Below, piece after piece: positions 59,175 to 64,000 of a stretch of DNA of 64,000 nucleotides; position 1 is the first letter of the stretch, and every line of letters starts with the position of its first letter. Source of the stretch: Thermodesulfobacteriota bacterium (GTDB lineage: Bacteria > Desulfobacterota_D > UBA1144 > Nemesobacterales > Mycalebacteriaceae); NCBI GenBank assembly GCA_965205855.1, contig OZ242184.1, positions 288,001 through 352,000 of the forward strand, read 5' to 3'. Below the pieces are notes generated by a model. The model saw nothing but the letters and a program-made list of their open reading frames with translations. It was not told where the DNA came from and did no database searches. The position numbers were made by a program, and so were the translations under genes.

Positions 59175-60119
59175 CTACTTGAGTGTTTTTAAATACTCTA
59201 TGATATCCGAAACCTCGCTCTCGGAGAGTATTCCCTTGAAAGATGGCATAACCGGCGCATAACCGGCGACTATTTTTGCCTGCGGCTCGTAAATTGACTC
59301 TATTATGTAATTCTCGTCTGCCGTAATACTGCCGTTTGCGAGTTCTCTTGTTTTGCCGAAAACCCCTTTGAAACCCGGCGCGATTCCGGGACTTTCGTCT
59401 ATACTGTGACAGGCGTTGCAACCCCTGTTTGCATAGAGTTTTTGTCCCCGTTCATGTGCGGGAATTGAAGATGAAAAAGCGGCCGCGCTTTTGTTCCCGG
59501 CACCTTTGCCTTCCCATCTGGCGAACGCTTCAGGGCTCATAACATTGACGCGTCCGAGCATCTTGGAGTGTCCCGTGCCGCAGTATTCGGCGCAGAATAT
59601 CACGAAGGTTCCGACTTTTGTCGGTTTGAACCACAGTTGGGTGAATCTTCCGGGCAGGATATCCTGTTTGACCCTGAAGGCCGGAATGAAAAGACTGTGA
59701 AGAACATCGTCGGACCTCATTATTATCCTGACCGGCAAATTGTGCTGAACGTTCAGCTCGTTGATGGTCTTTTTGCCGTTTCCATACTCAAACTGCCACA
59801 GCCACTGTTTGCTGATGGCTTTTACCTCAACCGCGGTTTGGGGCGGGACCCTCATTTCATTGAAGACTACGAGGCCGTAAATGAATATCAGTATCAGAAT
59901 AACAGACGGGACCGCAGTCCAGAATATCTCAAGCGCCTCGTTTCCCGTGATGCTCGGGGTTTTGTCGTTTGCCGTTCTCCGTCTGTATTTTATGGCAAAG
60001 ACGACCAATACTGCCGATATCAGTATGAAAAATATGAATGAAATAACTGTGACCGCGACCAGCACATTGTCCACTTTAAGGGCAATTTCAGACGCGGCTT
60101 CCGGGAGCCAACTGTTCAT
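59175..60119 (-). CDS. ctaC: Cytochrome c oxidase subunit II with fused cytochrome c (caa3 type)
   Basis: DVLHS, CAEYCGTGHSKM (CuA), CNACH, VMPSF. Confidence 0.96.
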   Translation of the reverse strand: MNSWLPEAASEIALKVDNVLVAVTVISFIFFILISAVLVVFAIKYRRRTANDKTPSITGNEALEIFWTAVPSVILILIFIYGLVVFNEMRVPPQTAVEVKAISKQWLWQFEYGNGKKTINELNVQHNLPVRIIMRSDDVLHSLFIPAFRVKQDILPGRFTQLWFKPTKVGTFVIFCAEYCGTGHSKMLGRVNVMSPEAFARWEGKGAGNKSAAAFSSSIPAHERGQKLYANRGCNACHSIDESPGIAPGFKGVFGKTRELANGSITADENYIIESIYEPQAKIVAGYAPVMPSFKGILSESEVSDIIEYLKTLK

Positions 60120-60125
60120 TTAAAA

Positions 60126-60941
60126 TTAATCAACCTCCGACTTTGATTTCCGTCTCCACATTCTGTAAAGGAAAGCCGCAAGAATCAGAAGTGTAACAAC
60201 ACCAGAGATTTTTACTATTGCAATTGCGCGCAGAGCGTATTTCCGGCCGACGGGGTCAAATTTATAACAGAAAAGAAGAACTTTGTTAATTATCTCACTG
60301 CCACCTATGCGGCCGTTTGACGCTTCAATGAGGGCGAGTTTCAGGTCCACTGGCTCGTGCTGTATCCCGTAAAGATAACGTGCAATCCTGCCTCGCGGGG
60401 TCAGCGCTATAAGCGCGGACTGATGGTCAAAGCCGTCTCCCTCTTTTCTGAACCCGAAACCCGCCGCTTCGGTCAGTCTTTCAATTTCTTCCGGACTTGC
60501 GGTAAAAAACCTCAACTCCCCGGCTCCCTCTTTGTGCGTGAGCAGGGAGCGACTTTCCCGCGTTTTTTCCAAAGCCGTCTCCGTGGTGTCGGACTCATCA
60601 AAACTTACCGTCAACACCCGGTAGTCACTACCGATTTTGAAAGATTCAAAATTGTCCGACAGGGCGTTTACGGTTTCTGTGAGAAACTTCATCGCAAAAC
60701 GGCAGTTGTGTGGGCATTTGTAAAAAACAAGTTGAAGAAGAACGGGCTTTTTGCCGTCAAAGTACCGCCCGATAAGTTCCTCCCGTCCCAGGTGATTTAC
60801 AAGCGCAATGTTCGCAGGCACCTGTTCGCCAAGTTTTTCTTCTATGCCAATCCTCTCAAGCTGAGCCGTGTCGGTTATGGAATTTGCGGTCGTAGTCATC
60901 AACAAAACTGCGACAAACAGAAATATTTTTCCCATGTGCAT
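60126..60941 (-). CDS. SCO-family copper chaperone
   Basis: FYKCPHNC, FDH, LTPRGRIARYLYG, LLFCYKFDP. Confidence 0.9.
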   Translation of the reverse strand: MHMGKIFLFVAVLLMTTTANSITDTAQLERIGIEEKLGEQVPANIALVNHLGREELIGRYFDGKKPVLLQLVFYKCPHNCRFAMKFLTETVNALSDNFESFKIGSDYRVLTVSFDESDTTETALEKTRESRSLLTHKEGAGELRFFTASPEEIERLTEAAGFGFRKEGDGFDHQSALIALTPRGRIARYLYGIQHEPVDLKLALIEASNGRIGGSEIINKVLLFCYKFDPVGRKYALRAIAIVKISGVVTLLILAAFLYRMWRRKSKSEVD

Positions 60942-61069
60942 AGAAAATCCTTTACGGATACGCGGAAAACTTATACGCAGGGTTGAAACTGTCAAGAACC
61001 TCCGGAAAAGGAGCCTCAACGCGCCGCCGGATGCGTTTGAGAATCCCGCGTGCCTTTTCTCACCGTTTA

Positions 61070-62302
61070 CTAAATGTGAAGCTCCTCAAATACGGGACCT
61101 TCGGGTCTGTCTCTTGAGAGGTGCTTCGCACTTGCGAGTTCTTCGTCAAATTTTCCCTTTTCAATAAGACCCGAGAGTGCCTCCGCCGCGCCATGGGATA
61201 TCATCAGCCCTCTGCCCGTATGGCCGAAACACTCATACACATTTTCCAGCCCGGGCGCTTTTCCCAGATAGCCTGACCTGTCCGCGGTTTCCGCATACAT
61301 ACCGGCCCAGCCCCTTACAAATTTCAGGTTTTCAAACGCCCTAATTCTTTTTGCGAGCGGTTTCCATATCCATTTCGCAAAAGGGCTTTCTTCGTCCAAA
61401 CGGTAGAAATCATATTCGTAGTTCACTCCGAACGGTTCATCGGGGTTTGAGTATCCGACAAGCGCTCCGTCTCCCTCGCCGTGAAAATATATGTCGCTTG
61501 TGTCAATAACCATACCGACCTTTGAGAGGTCGAGTCCGGGGCATTTCACAATCTGAATCTGCCGCCTGCGGGGTTTTACCGCATTTTCCTTTATCCCGTA
61601 CAGAGAGGCAATCCGCGAAGCCCACGCCCCGCCCGCGTTGACAAGCGTTTCGCACTCATACGCCACTCCTTCTCTGTCGTCCCGCGGCGTCAAACGCCCG
61701 GAAAGCAGGTCTTCGGGTTTTTCGGAGGTTTCCAGTTTTCGGGTAAAAACAGTTTTGGCTTTTCCCATTTCAACTTCAATCCGGCGGACAAAGGTTCTGT
61801 CAACAAATTCCGCTTTTCTTTTCCTCGCCTCTTTTCTGTAAAACTCTCTGAGCGAGTAATGGTCAACAAAACCCGCATCGCGCGACACCGAAAGACTTTC
61901 AATCCCGCTTGTGTCTGTTACAAATTCCAGATGCCTGCGCACCTCTTCCACTCCGTACATATCAACATTCAAGCCGTATTCGCGGTAAAGCGGAAGGTTT
62001 GTCCGCATTTCCAAATCGGTTTTTTCGTTGTGAAGCCAGTAGTACCCGGACTCTTTGAACGCCACGGCGTCCGCTATGGAGCGGTAGAACCGTATTGAGC
62101 GGGCGCAGAGTTCCACATTCGCCTTTCCTCGCCATGTTGCGCGAATCCCGCCCGCGTTTTTCAAAGACGAGGAAAACTCTCCCTCAAGGTCGGGGTCAAC
62201 AACAACGATTTTCGCCTTGGGAAATCTCAGGGAAATTGAGTATGCGCAAGCGGAACCGATTACTCCCGCGCCGATGATGAGGAAATTGCAATGTTTTGCC
62301 AT
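61070..62302 (-). CDS. FAD-dependent oxidoreductase, DAO/sarcosine oxidase beta family
   Basis: IIGAGVIG, NAGGIR, VNAGGAWA, GWAGMY, GHTGRGLM. Confidence 0.9.
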   Translation of the reverse strand: MAKHCNFLIIGAGVIGSACAYSISLRFPKAKIVVVDPDLEGEFSSSLKNAGGIRATWRGKANVELCARSIRFYRSIADAVAFKESGYYWLHNEKTDLEMRTNLPLYREYGLNVDMYGVEEVRRHLEFVTDTSGIESLSVSRDAGFVDHYSLREFYRKEARKRKAEFVDRTFVRRIEVEMGKAKTVFTRKLETSEKPEDLLSGRLTPRDDREGVAYECETLVNAGGAWASRIASLYGIKENAVKPRRRQIQIVKCPGLDLSKVGMVIDTSDIYFHGEGDGALVGYSNPDEPFGVNYEYDFYRLDEESPFAKWIWKPLAKRIRAFENLKFVRGWAGMYAETADRSGYLGKAPGLENVYECFGHTGRGLMISHGAAEALSGLIEKGKFDEELASAKHLSRDRPEGPVFEELHI

Positions 62303-62330
62303 TTGCTCTGAAAACTATATCAGAATTACA

Positions 62331-62369
62331 GGGGTGGTCTTGACAGCCCCGAAAGAATTGGTTTAGAAT
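62331..62369 (+). promoter_or_regulatory. Putative sigma70 promoter with a palindrome over the -35 box
   Basis: TTGACA(62340)-18 bp-TAGAAT(62364); GGGGTGGTC-TT-GACAGCCCC. Confidence 0.6.
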
Positions 62370-62375
62370 GATTAC

Positions 62376-62517
62376 GTTCAGCAATTTTATAGGGAACCCG
62401 CACTGTCGGGTCTCTGTGAATACAAGACCCTCGGGAAATAAACAGAACTTCTAAATTCTCTATTTAGTTGCTGAACAAGACCCGGCGCCTTGCGTTGGAA
62501 AGTCAGCAATTAAGGAG
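62376..62517 (+). ncRNA. Candidate structured leader or antisense-type RNA
   Basis: Closing stem GTTCAGCAA/TTGCTGAAC, internal hairpins, duplicated pairing elements next to the RBS. Confidence 0.45.
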
Positions 62518-62523
62518 TGCAGA

Positions 62524-63027
62524 ATGAGAAAATCATTTCTGGTTGTGTTTTCATTTTCAAGACAGTTCCAACTTATAAGAATACTGATCTTTCTCACTTC
62601 CTTTCTGCTGGTTGTTTCCTCATTTGTCGCACCCATACGTCAATCAATCGGCAGATTTCCCAGCGGTGAATCCATTTACCTGTGGCTGTCTTTCATATGT
62701 CATCAGTTGCCCTCCCGGTCATTTTGGGTTTCGGGGTTTCCCTGCGGGCTTTGCTCAAGGTGTCTTTTGGGATATACGGGCGTGGCTCTTGCCGCTTTGT
62801 TTGTTTGCCGTCCGCAAAGGTATTCAAGTCGTGTCCTGCTTGGCGTTTTTTTATTGCTTCCGGCCATTCTGGATGTGTCCATTCAGAGTGTGACCGGTTA
62901 CCAAGGCATGAACCTGACAAGAGCAGTTACGGGTTTTCTCGGCGGAATTGGCTTTTTCATACTCTGCTTTCCGTCAAGATTTGAAAAATCTTTAGTTCAC
63001 AGGAGGACTACAAATGAAATTAATTAA
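62524..63027 (+). CDS. DUF2085 membrane protein
   Basis: ICHQLPSRSF, CSRCLLGY, LD...N..RAVTG; AAGGAG RBS. Confidence 0.85.
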   Translation: MRKSFLVVFSFSRQFQLIRILIFLTSFLLVVSSFVAPIRQSIGRFPSGESIYLWLSFICHQLPSRSFWVSGFPCGLCSRCLLGYTGVALAALFVCRPQRYSSRVLLGVFLLLPAILDVSIQSVTGYQGMNLTRAVTGFLGGIGFFILCFPSRFEKSLVHRRTTNEIN

Positions 63028-63535
63028 ACGTTCAGGTTTTTGTATTGCAATAGCAGTATTGGTTTTTTCCGTTTCCGGCACAACAAATGCCTTTGCCCGT
63101 GAAGTTGTTTTGAGGGAATCTGTTCTTGTGCCCGTTCAAACAAAACAACGTATTTCTTCACAACATATGCGAGTCGGCGAACAAGTTATTCTTTTCGTTG
63201 AACGGGACATCAAAGTTGACGGTATAACTGTCATTGAGAGTGGTACTGCCGTTTCTGCTACGGTGTCGGACAGAAAAAAGGCGAGCATGGCCGGAATTTC
63301 CGGACATCTCACAATTACCGTGGATCACACAACCGCTGTTGACGGAACTCTTATTGTTCTGAAGGGCAGTTTTAATACGAAAGGAGATTCTGAAATAGGA
63401 GGGACTGTTGCTGCTGGCGTCATTTTATGTCCGTTGGCTTTCTTAAACAAGGGGAAAGAAGGGGTTATTCCCGCCGGAGCGGTAATCAGGACTTTAACCC
63501 TGTCCGACAGAAAGATTAAAGTCTCGGATAAATAA
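63014..63535 (+). CDS. Secreted beta-rich hypothetical protein
   Basis: AGGAGG RBS, signal peptide ending AFA, ISS...VGE...VDGITVI..GT, KGKEGVIPAG. Confidence 0.8.
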   Translation: MKLIKRSGFCIAIAVLVFSVSGTTNAFAREVVLRESVLVPVQTKQRISSQHMRVGEQVILFVERDIKVDGITVIESGTAVSATVSDRKKASMAGISGHLTITVDHTTAVDGTLIVLKGSFNTKGDSEIGGTVAAGVILCPLAFLNKGKEGVIPAGAVIRTLTLSDRKIKVSDK

Positions 63536-63596
63536 TTAACATTGCGCAAAATTGACTTAAGCCATTCCACGCCTGATACGGACCGGTATTTTCTTT

Positions 63597-64000
63597 TTAA
63601 CCTGAATTGAATAACGGATTCCGGCTTTCACCGGAATGACGGGGCAAATTTCCCCTGTCGGAAAGACCTTCCCTTATCGCCTTTTTCCATAAAGCGGTTT
63701 TTCGCCCTTTCGCCATACCCGCGTTTGCGGGGCTGGTTGAGGGCAATGTTTCAATGTGAATGCGGTTTTTTATACATTTTTCCATAAGCGGTGTTATATG
63801 AAATTTGAAAACCTGTTCGGGCTTTTTCCCGTTGAAAAACACCGCGCGTATGGAAGGGTTTTGCGCAAGCAGTCCGCCGATGTCATTGGGTATTTCCGTG
63901 GCGGTTTTTATGTCCGAATCAAGACTTCCCCTCCGCTCGCAGAATTTCAGCGTATCCCAAAGCGCGACCCCTGTGTTTTCAAGGGCGCAAACTCTTTCGC
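63597..64000 (-). CDS. UDG-superfamily DNA-deoxyinosine glycosylase (3' part)
   Basis: GVALWD..KFCERRGSLDSDI, PNDI, FFNGKK, LPSTSPANA. Confidence 0.88.
   Translation of the reverse strand, partial: ERVCALENTGVALWDTLKFCERRGSLDSDIKTATEIPNDIGGLLAQNPSIRAVFFNGKKPEQVFKFHITPLMEKCIKNRIHIETLPSTSPANAGMAKGRKTALWKKAIREGLSDRGNLPRHSGESRNPLFNSG
63616..63640. repeat. dRS3/RPE-4-like palindromic element
   Basis: GGATTCCG-GCTTTCAC-CGGAATGAC (ATTCC.-N8-.GGAAT geometry), read as RHSGESRNP inside the glycosylase C-terminus. Confidence 0.6.

Overview
Bacterial chromosome segment with a housekeeping backbone: S41 protease, thiI, nadE, gltBD, tyrS, fluC, dapF, prfA, zapBA-ygfA-rny, glyQS, pilBC, purKE and a caa3 oxidase cluster. 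Gene style suggests a Desulfobacterota/Dadabacteria-like host (inference only). Two visibly more AT-rich islands interrupt it. (1) A ~19.6 kb island between tyrS and fluC (12803-32400) holds a complete integron: intI, putative attI, about 16 cassettes and 15 attC sites, most with matching R''/R' boxes. Its cargo includes two restriction-modification-like cassettes, DarTG and a GIY-YIG protein, and the distal end is decaying. intI is still coupled to a truncated ttcA that looks like donor-chromosome context. The first attC is split at the canonical TTGT/T site by a 597-nt group IIC-attC intron. The intron keeps its recognisable ribozyme hallmarks, but its reverse-transcriptase ORF is reduced to a 21-codon vestige, so it appears non-autonomous; this is the most striking element in the window. 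(2) A ~3.4 kb defence islet between purE and ctaB (wH-HNH, type II R-M, RES-Xre). Other oddities: helically phased CTTATA repeats before an ATPase-wHTH gene, a DapF with both catalytic Cys replaced by Ser, and a switch-like structured leader near 62.4 kb. All calls come from motif recognition by eye; no database searches were run.
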